Notes under the pieces: model-generated | The model's database searches: none | The model's input: only the letters and a program-made list of their open reading frames with translations | What the model was told of the DNA's origin: nothing | Part shown: positions 11,701-24,900 of the stretch, one piece after another | Layout: the number at the start of each line of letters is the position of its first letter | How positions within the stretch are numbered: the first letter of the stretch is position 1 | NCBI GenBank assembly: GCA_965240325.2 | Contig: OZ251227.1 | Span: 1,426,001-1,490,000 of the forward strand | Source of the DNA: Rebecca billardiae RCC1528 | Taxonomy: Eukaryota > Protista > Haptophyta | Direction of reading: 5' to 3' | DNA: 64,000 nucleotides | Translations under genes and position numbers: made by a program

Positions 11701-13710
11701 TGTGCGCTCGATTACGAGCTCGCCAAGCTGAACCACGCGCACAGGCGGATTGCAGTGGACACCCAGTCCCCTGAGACGGCTGGCGACGCTGTCGCGCGGC
11801 TCGAGACGGAGATGCGAGCCCTCGACATCGAGCGGCGCGCAGCGTACGCCAGCCGTGAGCAGCAGCGAGGTGCGCTCCTGCGCGTGGGCAGCCACTTCCC
11901 CGAGATCCGAGCTCCGAGCAAGTGGCTGGCGGCGGGCTGGCTCGAGGGCAGAAACCCCGTTGCCAAGCTCGAGGAGCTGCTTGTGTCGCTCGACGTGCCG
12001 CAAGCCGCGCCCGGCCGCACCCTCGACATGTACGAGCGCTCCGAGTGGCCCGCAAGCATCTCGCCCTCTCACGGGCGCGTGTTTGTGCGCCGCTTCGGGG
12101 GCGAGGCGTGCGTGCTGAAAAGCGTCGAGCTGGCCGACGCCACTGCACTTCGCCGGCTGCAGCGCTCGTGCCAGCTGCTGCACCGACTGCGCGCGCATCG
12201 GCACGTGCTCAGGCTCAGCGCTGTCTGGCACGCAGACGCGCCGTCGGGGGTGCAGTGCGCATACCTGCACTCGCCGCTGTACGCGGGCGGCTCGCTGCGC
12301 CACTTCCTCGGCGCGCGCGAGCGTGCGGTGCTCTCGGACGTGCTCGACGAGCAGCAGGCGCACGCGTGCCTCCCGCTGGACGACGATCGCGTGCAGCACA
12401 CGCACGTGCGGCTGCTCGCGGAGGCGCTCTCCGCCGTCTCGCACGTGCACGCGCACGGCTTTGTGCACTGCGACCTCAAGCTGGAGAACATTCTCGTCGA
12501 CCTGTCGGCCGGCCCGGCTGGCACTGCCGTGCTCGCTGACTTCGAGCTGTGCCACGCGCACGACGACGACCCGCGCGCGCTCGAGCAGGCGCACACGCTG
12601 CGCACGCGCGCCATCGGCACGGCGCTGTACATGAGCCCCGAGCTCCTGAGTGATCCCCCCGCGCGCTCGTCCGAGGCCAGCGACGTGTTCGCATTCGGCG
12701 TGTGCGTGCTGCTCGCGTGCTGCCCGAGGGCGCGCGCGGCGGAGGGCGGGGTGATCACGCGGCAGCAGCTGGACAAGCTGGCACGCGACGCACAGCCGCG
12801 ATCGCGCGATCTGCGCGAGCTGCTGAACGCGACGATGCTGCGCGCGGAGCCGGCGCAGCGCATCTCGGCGGCGGAGCTCGAGATGCTCAGCTTCTTCACA
12901 ACGGGCCGCGAGGCGATGCACGCTCGGATCGAGACCGACGCGGCGCGCGACACCTGCTGCATCTGCCTCGAGAGCCACCGGCGATCGGCCGGCGCGCAGT
13001 GCTCTGGTGGCGCAGACTTCTTCTGCGCGGATTGCCTGTGCAACCTGGTGATACAGCGCACGACTGTGCCGGCCATGGACGGCGCCATCCAGTGCGTCGG
13101 CGTCGGCTGTGCCGGCCGCGTCGAGGGCCGCGAGGTGCTGCGCGTGCTCAGCTCGGTCGGTGACGACAGGCGGGCGGCGTACGTGCGCAGGCTGCAGGAG
13201 CACTTCGATGCGCTCAGCCGGCGAGAGCAAGAGCTCGAGACGCAGCAGGCGATCGAGCGCGCACGGCGCGAATGGGAGCGGAGCTCGGAGGAGGCGCAGC
13301 GTGACGCCAGCCTGCGCGCGCGCGTGTGTGAGGAGGCGCTCAGCTTGCGCTGCCCGGCGTGCCGCCAGGTCTTCGACGACTTCGATGGATGCGCCGCGCT
13401 GCAGTGCGCACGCCAGCTGTGCCGGGCGCATTTTTGCGCGCTCTGCCTCGAGCAGAGTCGGGACGGAGCAAGGTGCCATACGCACGTGCGGCAATGCGCG
13501 CACAACCCCATGCGCGGCCAGTATCATCTCCCGCGCGAGCAGTGGCCAGACATCAAGCGCAGCACCTTCAAGCGCCAGCTGCGCGCACTCCTCGCCTCGC
13601 TCCCGACGGTGCAGGAGCGTCAGCGCGCTCTCCGCGCAGCGCGTCGCGACCTTTCGGACGCGCGCATCGACGTGGAGGCCGAGCTGCGCCACGTCGTCCG
13701 CCAGGGCTAG
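8715..13710 (+). CDS. Multidomain protein: MIU-like motif, FG repeats, Nup98-type GLEBS motif, coiled coil, Ser/Thr kinase, RING and RBR-type RING2 (exons 8715-8979, 9128-13710)
   Basis: YHSITMMPAYAPKSFEELRAEDY (GLEBS); VLK, HCDLKLEN, DFE, GTALYMSPE, SDVFAFG (kinase); CCICLE..C..FCADC..C..C (RING); CPAC..DGCAALQC..C..HFCALC (RING2); phase-1 GT-AG intron 8980-9127 joins the frames. Confidence 0.85.
9420..9816 (+). repeat. 87-bp (29-aa) tandem repeat encoding Gly-rich FG units
   Basis: GCGAGTGGCACGCAAGG recurs at 9451, 9538, 9613, 9700 and 9787; peptide GGSLFGSATGGAGAFGGAAGGGSGASGTQ. Confidence 0.9.
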
Positions 13711-14796
13711 CAGGTAAGCAGCGGTGAGCGGCAGCGCCGACAGCAATGACTCGCCAACGAGTGAGAGAGAGAGATATGTGGCGTTATAGGGAACCTATAA
13801 CTGAGTGTCTATGAGCGACGCCAAGAATCCGGCTCGCACGGCATTCCTGCGTTGTCCCGCGCGCACCGCCGCGCGCGGGAGTCCTGGTGCGCTGCCAATC
13901 TGGCCCACACTCACAGCGGCGCACCTGCAGGACCGTCGGTTCAGGTTACCGCTCACATCGGATCGATCAGGCTTCGCTCTCGGGGGCGCCATGGGGCTGC
14001 TCGCGACGAAGGCGCCGAGCTGGGCAAGGGAATCGCCTGCATCGAGCACTGCCGGGTGCACTCTCCGCTGCAGGAGGTGCACCGCAGTCGCCGCAGCCCC
14101 TCTGCTCGGTAAGGTCGCTGGCTGTCTGTGTGGCCCGGCTCCCCGCCTGATCGTTCGGCGGCGCGACGACATCATCTACTGTCTTCGCCGCGTCGCCCCT
14201 CATGCAATATGGTCTCTTGCTCTCGCCGCTGTCGCGTCAACCCGCACGCTTCATCGTTTGCCCGCCCGCCCACCCTCGGCCTCTGGCGGATATGGAAGCA
14301 CTGCAGCGTCAGCGAGCCATCAGCCCTAATCGACCTTGCTCAGTGACTGACGACTCGCGGGCGCCCTCTCGACCTCGGGCAGCAGCTCAGCGCCCTCTCG
14401 ACCTTGGGCAGCAGCTCAACCGCCACGCCGCTGCCAGCGCCCGCTGTCGTTCGTTGCTCAAATCCCAACATAGCTAACCTGATCGTTCCATGATTGATCA
14501 TCGTGATGGTCTGTCTACTCCACGACGCCGCGCGCCGCGACCATCCAGCTCCAGAGTCCATTCGTACCCGACGCCTTGTGCGAGCCGGGCATGGCGGAGT
14601 GGCTAGACATATATATATATAGCTGCGCTAGCAGTCGTCGTCATATCTGCGCGCTAGCGCGCCGATCATCATATCGTCGTCATCATATTATTACTACTGC
14701 TCATCATATTGCATGCTGCGCAGATCGACGTCGGATCACTCAGACGACAGCAGCAGCATCATCATCGTCGCATTGTCATCATGATGACTGAGACGA

Positions 14797-17700
14797 TCAG
14801 TCATCTGCTGCTGCAGCACAGCCGGGTGGTAGCTGCTGGGCCTGGGACGGAGGCGACGCGCTGGCAGCACCGTTGAGCCCGGCGGCATCATCTGATGCCT
14901 GCTCCGCGCCGATGATGCTGTCTGGTGCCGGCTGCAGGTGCACGGCGTCGGACTTGATCCTCGCCTGCGTGCCGCGTGGGGCGCGCGCGGCACGGTGCAG
15001 GGGCGGGCGCGCAGCACGCGGTCACGGTGAGCCAGTGCCACGCACGCGGCTGGGCGCGTCGGCACACGCGCGTGACTGACTGTCTCTCGATGGCGCGCGC
15101 GCACCAGACGCTCACGCAGAGCCGCCATGGAGGCCTGACTGGGCGTGGGCGGGTCGAGCGCGTCCTCCTCGCCCGCGCCCGCGCCGCTCGGCCGCGGCGA
15201 CCCCGCGCCCGCGCCCGGCGCCGGCGCGAGGTTGTACTTGCTCTTGAGCTCGCGCAGCCGCTCCATGTACCGGCTGGAGACCGCCTCGACCGGCGAGCGC
15301 GCGGCGGCGAGGGTGGAGGAGGTGAGGTGCGAGTCGGTCGAGCTGGACGCGGCGGCGACCAGCGCGACCTCGGCGGTGGGGAACTTGGAGCGCAGCTCGC
15401 GGATGCGCCTCACGCGCGCCTGCACCGACTCGGCTGCGCTCGCGCTCGCGGCGAACGCTGCGCTCGCCGAGAGCGCCGCCTCGGCCGCATCCGCCGCCCC
15501 GGCAGCGTCGGCCGCGTGCGCGGCGCCGCCCGCTGCCCCGGCCTCGGTCGCAGCGGCGGCGAGCTCCGACGCGGCGGGCACGTCGGGCAGCGGCGAGGAG
15601 AAGGCCGCGGCCACGTCCGCGGCCGTCGGCGGCACGACCGCCTCCGCGTCTGCTGCGACCTCGTCGCGCGGCGCGCTCGGCTCGGCGGCGGCGGCGGCCT
15701 CCGCCTCGGCGGCGGCCTTTGCGCGCGCAGCCGAGCGCGTGAGCCGCGCGCTCGACGGGCGCTCGGCCGCCGCCGCGGCGCGCGCCGCGGACGCGCGCGT
15801 GGCGGAGCCGGCCGCGCGGCCGGCGCTGCTCTCCGCGGCGGCGGCGAGCGCGCTCGCGAGCGGCGTGCTCGGAGGCTGCTGCTCCTCCGCGCCGGCTCGC
15901 TTGGCCGCGGAGTGCGCCGCGCTGCGCGGCGTGCGCGCCGAGCCGCGCAGGCACGCGCCGAGCACGTACGCGTCCGGCGCGTCGCACTCAGCCAGCGCCG
16001 CCTCCGCGCTCAGCCCGCCCACGCGGAGGACCTCCACGGCAAGCGCGCGCACGTGCTCGCGCGCGCGCTTGGCGAGCGCCGAGCGGCCCGGCTGGGGCGC
16101 GCGCGGCGTGCCGCCGTGCGAGGCGGAGGCGGGCGAGGCGGCGGCGGCCTCGTGCGCGCGGAGGTACGCGCACACGTGGCGCAGTACCGCGCGAGGCTCG
16201 ATGTCCGCCTGCTCGAGCTGGCCGCGCTCGGTCGCCGCGAGCGCGGCCGTCGCCTTGCTCAGGGACTTGAGCACGAGCGCGCCGAGGTCGGCGCCGCTCG
16301 CCTCCTCCTCCGCGCCCTCCGAGGGCTGCGGCGCGGAGTAGTGCGCCAGCAGCGAGAGCAGCGTGCCGCAGAGCTGCGTGCGCGAGAGCTCGTCCAGCAC
16401 GCGCAGCACCAGCAGGTTGAGCGCCTGCGAGCACGGCGCGCGCGCGCGCGTCAGCCGCGCGCGCGCACGCGAGGGGAGGGCGCGGTGGCGGTGGCACGGC
16501 TCCGCGCGCGCGGCACTCAACCGGCGCGCGCGGCGCGGGGCGGGGCGGCGCGGCGCGCCACCTTGAGCATGCGGCTGCCCTCGCTGATCTGCTGCTCGCG
16601 CGCGTGCACGAGGATCATCGAGCCCAGCAGCGCGTGCACCGCGCTCCTCGAGCCCTCCTCCGAGAGCGAGCGCACCACGCCCGGCACCTGGCACCACGCA
16701 CACAGCACACACAGCACACACAGCACACACAGCACACACAGCACACACAGCACACACAGGCAGAGCCGATGGCACGCACGCGCGCGCGCACGCACGCACG
16801 CCGCGGGGCAGGGCGCGCGCGCGAGCGGGGCAAGGGCGCGGGGTGAGCGAGCGGCAGGCGCGCGCGTGCTGCACGCCACGCCACACGCCACGCCGCACAG
16901 CGCGCGCGCACCTTGACGAGCGTCATGAACGCGTTGAGGATGTGCTTGCACCAGCGCACGCCCACCTTGTCGCCCTCGGCGGAGGGCAGCGCGCCGCGCA
17001 GGCACGCGAGCAGCGCGCTCACCGCGCTGTCCGCGTGCGGACGCAGCAGCTCAGGCGGCGTCCGCTCGACCTCGGCGACGAGCGCGCGGAGCGCCGCGAC
17101 GCGCTCGGCCTCCGCCTGCGAGGGGAACGCGAGCAGCGCGCACAGCAGTGCGGGCAACCCGTCGGCGCCCGCGCCCACACCGTCCGCCGCGCCAGAGCCG
17201 GGCACCGCCTCCTCCGCGGGTGAGGAGCCGATCAGAGGGGAGGCGGGCAGAGAAGACTTGCGCCGTGCGCCGCCGGCCGCGGGGCGCCGGCCCGCGGCCG
17301 CGAGGGGCGGCGCGGGGACCGGCTCGGCGGAGGGCGCGGGCGGCGCGGCCGCAGCGCCGTTCGCGAGCGCCGCCGACGCGCGCACGCGCGGAGACTTGGC
17401 GGGCGAGGGCGCGGCCGGCGCGAGCGGGCGGCGCGCGGGCGACGGCTGCGGCGGCGGCGTGCCCGCGCCCGCGCCCGCGCCCGCCGCGTGCTGCTGCTGC
17501 TGCTGCTGCTGCACGCGCGTGATCGCGGCGGGCACGGGCAGGTTCGACGCGGCGGGCGCGCCGCCACCGCGCGCGCGCGCCGACGCGGGCGGCGTGGGCG
17601 GCGGGCTGCTCGACGACGGCGCCGGCTCGGCGGCGGCGTGCGCGCCTGCGCCTGCGGCCGCGGCGGCGGCGGCGGCGCGCGGCGCGGCCGCGCGCGCGGG

Positions 17701-18735
17701 CGGCTCGAGCGCGCCGAGACGGTCCCGCAGCGCGCGCGCGTCCGCGTCGCCCAGCGGCGCGACGATGTGCGCCGCCCACGCCTCGCCGTCCGCGAGCGCC
17801 ACGCGCAGCAGCGCGAGCGATGCGTCGCGCAGCCGCTTGTCCGCAGCGCTCGAGTGAGACGCGGCGAGCGGCAGCGAGCGCGCGGGCGCGCACGCGCCGA
17901 TGCCGTGCCGCGCGCCGAGCCACGCGAGGCACTCGGCGGCCTCGACGCGCGCGCGCGCGTTGCGCGAGCTCGCCATCGCGTCGACGAGCGCCGCGCCCAC
18001 CACCGCCGGCTCGGCCACCTCGCACGCGCCGCGCACGAGGCCGCGGAAGCGCGCGCGCGTCGGCTCTGCGTTCGCCCCGAGGTGCAGCGTGAGGGCGGGC
18101 AGCAGCGCGCGCGCCTCCAGCTCGGTGAGGCGGTAGCCGTCGGCGCCGAGCGCGGCAAGCAGCCCGTCGATCAGGCCGGCCGCCTTGGCGAGCACCGCCG
18201 CGGACGGCGCGCCCGAGAGGCGCAGCGCGAGCCAGCGCGCCACCAGGTCGAGGCAGTCCGCCAGCGCCGAGCCGCGCACGCCGCCGTGCGCGGCCTGCGC
18301 CGCGCCCAGTTCCTTCTCCAGAGAGCCTATCGCCATCAGGTGCTGCCGGAAGTCCGGGGCAAAGAGCTGCGCGTGCAAAGCGCCGGAGGCGACGGGCGCG
18401 AACTGCTCGGAGAGCATCGCGATCGCCTCCGCCGAGGGCACGCTCTCCGTCGGGTGCACCCAGCGGCACTTGGCCTCGCGGCGCGCGCGCCCCTCCTTGC
18501 CGCCGTTGGCGCTCAGCATGCCCGCGCCCGGCGGCGGCGGCGCGCTGCCGCCGCCGGCCGTGCGCGGGCGCGCGGGCGCGGCGCCGGAGCGCGCCGGCGC
18601 GCGCGCCGTCGCCGGGCGCGCAGCCTGGCGCTGCGCGGGCGCCTCCTCCTCGCCCACGGGCGGCGCGCCCTCCGCCTCCGCGGCCGATGCAGCCTCGGCC
18701 GCGCCGTCCTCGGCCTCGGCCTCGGCCCCGCCCTC

Positions 18736-18766
<31 letters not shown>

Positions 18767-21700
18767 GAGCCGAGGGCGGAGGCGGAGGAGAGGATGCGCT
18801 GCACGGCGGGCGCGACGGCGTGCGCGTCCGCAGCCTTGAGCTCCGCCGCCGCCGCCTGCACCGCGTCCGCGCCCAGCGCGTCCGCCAGCGCCTTGAGCAG
18901 ACGGTCCGCGTGCGCGCGCGGCTCGGCGGCGCGCTCGGCGGCGCGCGCGCCGAGCGCTGGCGGCAGCAGCAGCCGCAGCTCCGCGTGCGCGTCGGGCTTG
19001 GTCGCGGGCGCGTAGCTCGCGAGCCACTTGAGCACCGCGCCGCGGCCCGTCTCGGACGAGAGCGCGCGCGCGCCCAGCCCGATGAACGGCTCGAAGCTCA
19101 CCTCCGCCACGAGCGCCGCCAGCGCGGCCTCGGCCGCCTCGCGCGGCGCGGGGCGCGCGTCTCCGAGCAGGCTAAGCAGAGCGGGGCCGAGCGTCTTCAC
19201 GTGCTGCAGCACCGGGCGGCCCATGGCGCGCGCGAGCTCGGCGGCGAGCTCGGCGGCGGCGGCGGCCACCGCGCGGTTCGTGTCGCCCAGCCGCGCGCGC
19301 ACCGCCTCGGCGAACGGCCCGAGCGCCGGGTCCAGCCTCGTGCCGCGCACCGCGTCGCGCGCCGCGCTCACGGCCGCGAGGCGCGCCTTCCACTGCGCGC
19401 ACCCCATCGCGCCCAGCGTCTCGGCGGGGAGGAGCGAGGCGATGGGCACGCGCGCGCGCTGCGGCGAGAGCAGCCCGCTCGGCGGCGCGCCGCCCTGCCC
19501 GCCGCTCGCGCCGCTCACGCCGCCGCCGCCGTCTGCGGCGGCGTCGGCGTCGGCGTCGGCCGGCTGAGCGCCGCGCGCGCGGTGCGTCGGCTGCGGCAGC
19601 GGCGCCCCCTCCTCGCGCTGCTGGGCCGCCTCGAGCGCGGCGCCGGTCTGCGGGCTGACGCGCGAGACGAGCGCCGGGAGCAGCCCGTCGCGCGACCCCG
19701 CCGCGCTCGCGCAGCGGTGCAGCGCCACCGCCGCGCCCGTCGCCGCCTCGCGCACCTTGACATCCTTGTGGCCGAGTGCGTCTGCAAGCGCGCCGCTCAC
19801 GCCGGGCGCGCGCGCGAGCGAGCCGCCGCCGCCGCGCGCGCCAAAGGCGAGCGCGCAGCCGCGGAGCCAGACGAGCGCCTCGGCGGTGACGCGCGGGTTC
19901 TTGTGCGCGCGTGTCGCGCGGCACACGTGCGCGCCAACCAGCGCCGCGCCGCCGCTCGCCGCGAGCGCGAGCAGCGCGTCGGCGGCCGCCGCGCGCTGCT
20001 TGGCGTCTGCCAGCCTCTCGGCGAGCGGCGGCGCCGCCTTGGCCACCGTCGACGGGTGCGCCTCGTGCGCGCAGCCGCGCGCGAGCGCGCCGACGCACGC
20101 GGCCATGCGCGCGCCCACGGCCGCCATGCTCTCCTTCCAGCCCGGCGTGCGGCCGAGCAGGCTGATCGCCGCGTCGAGCAGCTCGGCCGAGCAGCCGGCC
20201 TCGGCCGCGCCGCCGGCCGCGCCGACGCCGCCGGCCGCGCCGCCGAGCGCGGCCGCGAGCGCGTCCACCGCCTCGAGCCGCTCGCGCCACGGCTTGGCGC
20301 CGAGCGCGGCGAGGCTGAGGTTGGGCGCGGCCGCGGCCACGCGCGCGTCGCCGTCCGAATCGGCGAGCAGCGGCGCCGGCGCCGCCTCGAGCGCCGCCTC
20401 GAGCGCAGCGGCCGCCGCACGGCCGCCGCCTCCCTTGGCGCCGCCGCCGCCGCCGCTCGCGCCTGCAGACGAGGCGGGCTTGGAGCCAGCGGCGGCGGCG
20501 GAGCGGGCGGTGCGCGCGGTCTTGGGGCGCGCCGAGCCCTTGGACGAGGCGGCGCCGCCGCTCTTGCTCGCAGGGCGCGCGCCTGCCGTCGTCGGCCGGG
20601 GCGGCGGCGCCGCCGTCGCCGTCGCCGCGGCGCCCGCGGACGGCTGCGCGCGCTCGGAGCCCGCGGCGGCGGCGCCGCCGGCCGAGCCGCCGAGCGCCTT
20701 GTCCAGCGCCTTGCGCTTGACGCCGTCGAGGCCGGCGAGCAGCCCATCGAGGTGCACGCCCTCCGGCGCCGTGCTGATCACCGCGGCGAGGCTGGCGTAC
20801 GCCGCGGCGCGCACGTCCCCCTGCCCGTCGTCCGTGGCGCGCAGCAGCGCGGCCGCGAGCGCTTTTGCGGCCGCGCCCGTGCGCGCCGCGCCCGCCGGCG
20901 GCTCGGCGCGCGCGCAGCGGCCGAGCCACTCGGCGGCGGCGAGGCGCACGGCGGGCGTCTTGCTGCCGATCCCGCCGGCCGCCACCTCGCACGCCTCCGC
21001 CAGCGGCACCGCGCCCGCGCCGTACAGCGCGTCGAGCGCGCGCGCCACCGCGTCGGAGACCGCCCGGTGCTTCTCCGCCGCCTTGTCGAGGATCAGAGGC
21101 GCCACCTCGCGCGCCGCGCGCGCAAAGTCGGCGCCGAGGCCGGTGGCGAGGAGCGCGAGGCAGCGCACCGCCGCGGCGACGCACGCCACGTTCGCGTCGC
21201 TGCCGACCACGCGCTTCAGCGCGCGCACCAGCTCGACGTAGTCGTCCTTGGGCGCGAGGCGGCAGAGCGGGCTCGGCAGCGCGAGCCCCTTCTCGACCGA
21301 GTCGAGCGCAGCCTTGCGCGCCTGCCACTTGTCCGCGCCGAGCTGGGCGGCCCAGCCCTTCGGCAGCTTGGACATGGCCGAGACCACCTCCGCCACGGCC
21401 GGCGCGGTCGGAACGGCGCCCGCGCCGGCGGCCGGCGCCCCGGGCGCGTCGGCGGCGTCGGCGGCGTCGGCGGCCAGAGCGGCGCCGCGCACCGAACGCG
21501 TCGGCGGCGCAGCCGCTGCCTCGGCGCTCTCGGCGCAGATGCGCTCAAACTCGGCGGCGGTGGCAGGCTTGACCTCGCGCAGAGCAACGTCCACGGCGGC
21601 CTCCCCACCGCGCGCCTTCGCCAGCGCGAGCGCGCCCAGCGCCGCGTCGCGCACCGCCTTGTCGCGGTGCGTCTCCGCAAGCGCCGCAACCGGCTTGGCG

Positions 21701-22797
21701 AGTGAGCGCACGTCGAGCGGCGCGAGCCCAAACGACCTGCGCGCGCGCGCGGTGGAGGCGGGGCGAGGTGCGCGCAGGAAGCAGATGCGTAGCGCGTGCT
21801 GGTCAGGCGACTCCCTTCACCGCTCGCGCGCAGACGCACGCGCGTGCGCGCACGCACGCACGCGCACGCGTGCGCGCACGTGAGCACAGCTGCCAGCAGC
21901 TCGGTCGCCGCGAGCGCCACCTTGGGCACCTTGTGCGCGCTGAGCTTGAGGCAGCTGGCCTGCACGGCGGGGCCGGCGCCCGCCTCGACGAGCAGCATCG
22001 CCGCCTCCGTCGCGCGCGAGCGCACGTTCGGCCGCCCCACCAGACCCTTCTCGATCAGCGCGCCGAGCAGCGACGCAGACGCGAGCCGCTCCGCGTCCGC
22101 CACCTCCTCCGCCGCGCGCGCGAACGCGACGAGCGCGTCGAAGGCGCGCTCCTGCGCGAAGGGGTTGGAGTCGGCGATCATCTTGGGCAGCAGCGAGCCG
22201 TGCGCCACGCGCGCCGAGCCCACGTCCGCCTCCGCCGCCGCGACGATCTCGTCGTACGCGGAGCGGCGCTCCTGCCACCGCTTGCTGCCCAGCCGCTTCT
22301 CGAGCGGCATGCTCGCGATCGAGGCGGAGTCGTCGGCCGGCGGTGTGTACCCGGGCGGGTACTCGTCTGCGTGGCCGCGCGCGCGCGCGCATCGCGGACA
22401 GGGCCGGCCCGCCTAAGCGCGAAGCGCCTGCGCGTGCCACAGCCCCGCACGCTGGCCCGCCGAGCAAAGCGAGCACGCTCTCGCGTGCGCACACGCACGC
22501 GCGCGCGGGCGTGCGGGCATGCGGCGCACCTGGCATGGGGACGGATGAATTGCCACCGACGGGCATCTCCTCGAGGTCCAGCGCGGCCCCAGAGCTGGAC
22601 CCGCCCGCCTTTGGCTTGGGCGCGGGCTTGTATCCCGGCGGGTTTGCCGTCTCAAAGGGAATCTGCGTCGGCACGCCGATCGGCAGGTCGTCGAAGCTGA
22701 TCGGGTGCTCGGTCGGCTTGACGGACGGCACGGGTGGCTCCGCGCCGCGCCCGACCTTCCCGTTCACCTGCACCTCGCGCAGCGGCGAGTCTGACAT
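14797..22797 (-). CDS. MOR1: XMAP215/ch-TOG/MOR1 microtubule polymerase (6 exons; introns 22367-22529, 21737-21879, 16688-16911, 16425-16561, 14965-15104)
   Basis: TOG-domain starts KRWQERR, DKWQARK, KPWRERL, AQWKARL and DFRQH; HEAT repeats; C-terminal LKALNLLVLRVL and ALRERLARIK motifs; all five GT-AG introns restore the frame. Confidence 0.9.
16699..16759. repeat. (CACACACAG)n 9-bp intronic minisatellite, ~7 copies
   Basis: Seen directly within intron 16688-16911. Confidence 0.9.
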
Positions 22798-23421
22798 GTC
22801 TGGCGCCGGCGTCCCGTGCGGACGTGCGGCGAGCAGGCCGGCACGGGCAGATTTGAATCCTCCTCCAAAGTCCACACGGAGCACCGGACCGCCAGGAATT
22901 TGTCCCCGTGCATCCGGACTGAATGACCTTGGAATGACCGTACTTTTTTCAAAGCGGAGGGTGGCGGCTGTGCCTCCAAGCCTCAATGGCTTGGCCGCCT
23001 CGCGAACGGCGGGCGATGCTGCTGCCCACAGAGGGCGTGCGTCGGAGGCAAGGAACCGGGCAGATGGCGCGTCGCGCGCACCGTGAGAATGCGCTCGTAA
23101 TGCTCGCCATCTTCGGCACCCTAGTTCAGTTCGGCGACAGTCCGTGACGGTCACTCAGATTCGCGGTTGCCCGAGGGCAGCGGTCGGCCTCTCGACTCTC
23201 GATCGTCAGGTACGCGTTTCCCAACGGCAAGGGACAGGGTGACCCAAGACTCAATCAGGAATGCTGATAAATTCGAATGGAGCTCAGGAGTCAGGTTCTC
23301 ATACAATGACTACACATCAATCACGGCTCATGCTATACGACACACAGTCGGGTCCGATCATCGATCATGCCGCCGTGCGCCGCGGCGGCGGACCGGCGGT
23401 GGTGACGGCCGCGCCCCGCGC

Positions 23422-24863
23422 TCACGCGGCGCCGATGTTGCGCAGCGCGTGCACACCGGTGGACACGGCGGTCGCGAGCAGCTCGTTGAGCGCCTCGCCC
23501 GTCGCGCCGCCCCGCGCGAGCGCGCGGTCGACGAGCACGGGCAGCACGACCATGAGCGCGATGATGAGCGGCTCCTCCACGGCGAGCGACTGCGCCTCCG
23601 CCATGCTCCAGCTGAGCAGCAGGTAGCGCGTCTGCTCGGCGCCAAAGATGAGCGAGTAGGTGAGCACGATCCACGCGAGCGCGCCGTAGATGGAGAACAT
23701 GGCCGCCCACGCAAAGGCGAAGCGCGCGCGCGGCGGCGGCGTGAGCAGCCGCAGCAGCCGCGTGCACACGCCGCGCAGCCCGCGCGCGCGCCGCGCCTCC
23801 TTGAGCGCCTCGTCCGCCACCTGCCGGTCGTACCAGCCGACCAGCTCGGCGAAGGAGATGCGCCCGTCGCCGTCGAGGTCAAACTCCTGCGCGAGCGCGC
23901 GCACGCGCGCCGGGCGCAGCCGGAAGCCGAGCGAGCGCACGAGCTCGGCGAACTCTGCGCGCTCGATCATGCCGTTGCCGTTGGCGTCATGCGCGCAGAA
24001 CTTGAGCCGCAGCAGCTCGAGGGTGTCCGCGTCGAGCGAGTGGGCGGACGCGGGCGGGAGGAGCGGCGGGAGCGGCGCGTCGGCCGGGCCCGCGCCGCGC
24101 GCGCCGCGCGCGCCGGCGGGCGGCGTCTCGAACGGCGCCCGCGCCGCCGCGCCCGGGGCCGAGGGCGGCGAGCCTGGCGGCGGCGAGGGCGGCGGCGAGG
24201 CGTCATCGTCCGAGCAAGCAGCAGCATCGGACGCGTCGCTGCACTCACTGCCCGCCGCCGCCGCCGCGGCCATCGCCTCCTCCGGGTAGACGGGCGCGGG
24301 GCCAGCGACGTCGGCCGCCCGCTCCGGGAAGACGGGCGCGACGATGGCGCCGCCCACGCTCGCGCTGCGCGGCCGGCCGTACCGCGGCGCGGACGTCGGG
24401 CGCGAGCCCGCGGTGCTGGGCCTCGAGACGAGCAGCCCAAGCGCGTCCTCTGCGTCCGGACGCAGCGGGAGGCGCGAGCCGGCGGAGGCGGCGGATGCGC
24501 CGGAGGAGCGGCAGGGCAGCGTGCGGCCGAGCGTGAGCGAGGCCGGCGGCGCCGCGGCCGCGAGCTTGTCGCTCAGCGCCTCGGCCTCCTCGCGCTCCTC
24601 CTCCCACGCGGCGGCGGCGGCGGCCGCCGCGGTGGCGCGCTCGAACGCGCACTCGGCGGCGGCGAGCTCGGCGGCGGCGCTGGGCGAGTTGCATGGCGCG
24701 GTGCGGTCGTGCGTGGCGGGCCGCGCCGCCGAGCGCACGCGCGGGGACACGCGCGCGTTGCGCGGCGCCGGCGTCGTGGTCGGGCGCGGCGAGCCGAGCG
24801 CGCCGCCGAGCGACCAGCGGCCGACGAGCGCGCCGTCGTCGCCGCCGCCGCCGCCTCCCGGGC

Positions 24864-24900
<37 letters not shown>

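Noticed and set aside
13795-14480. Short ORFs between the kinase-RING gene and XMAP215
   Set aside because: No motif or convincing codon bias; left unannotated
14976-21705. Long + strand ORFs over the XMAP215 gene
   Set aside because: Antisense shadows in stop-poor GC-rich DNA
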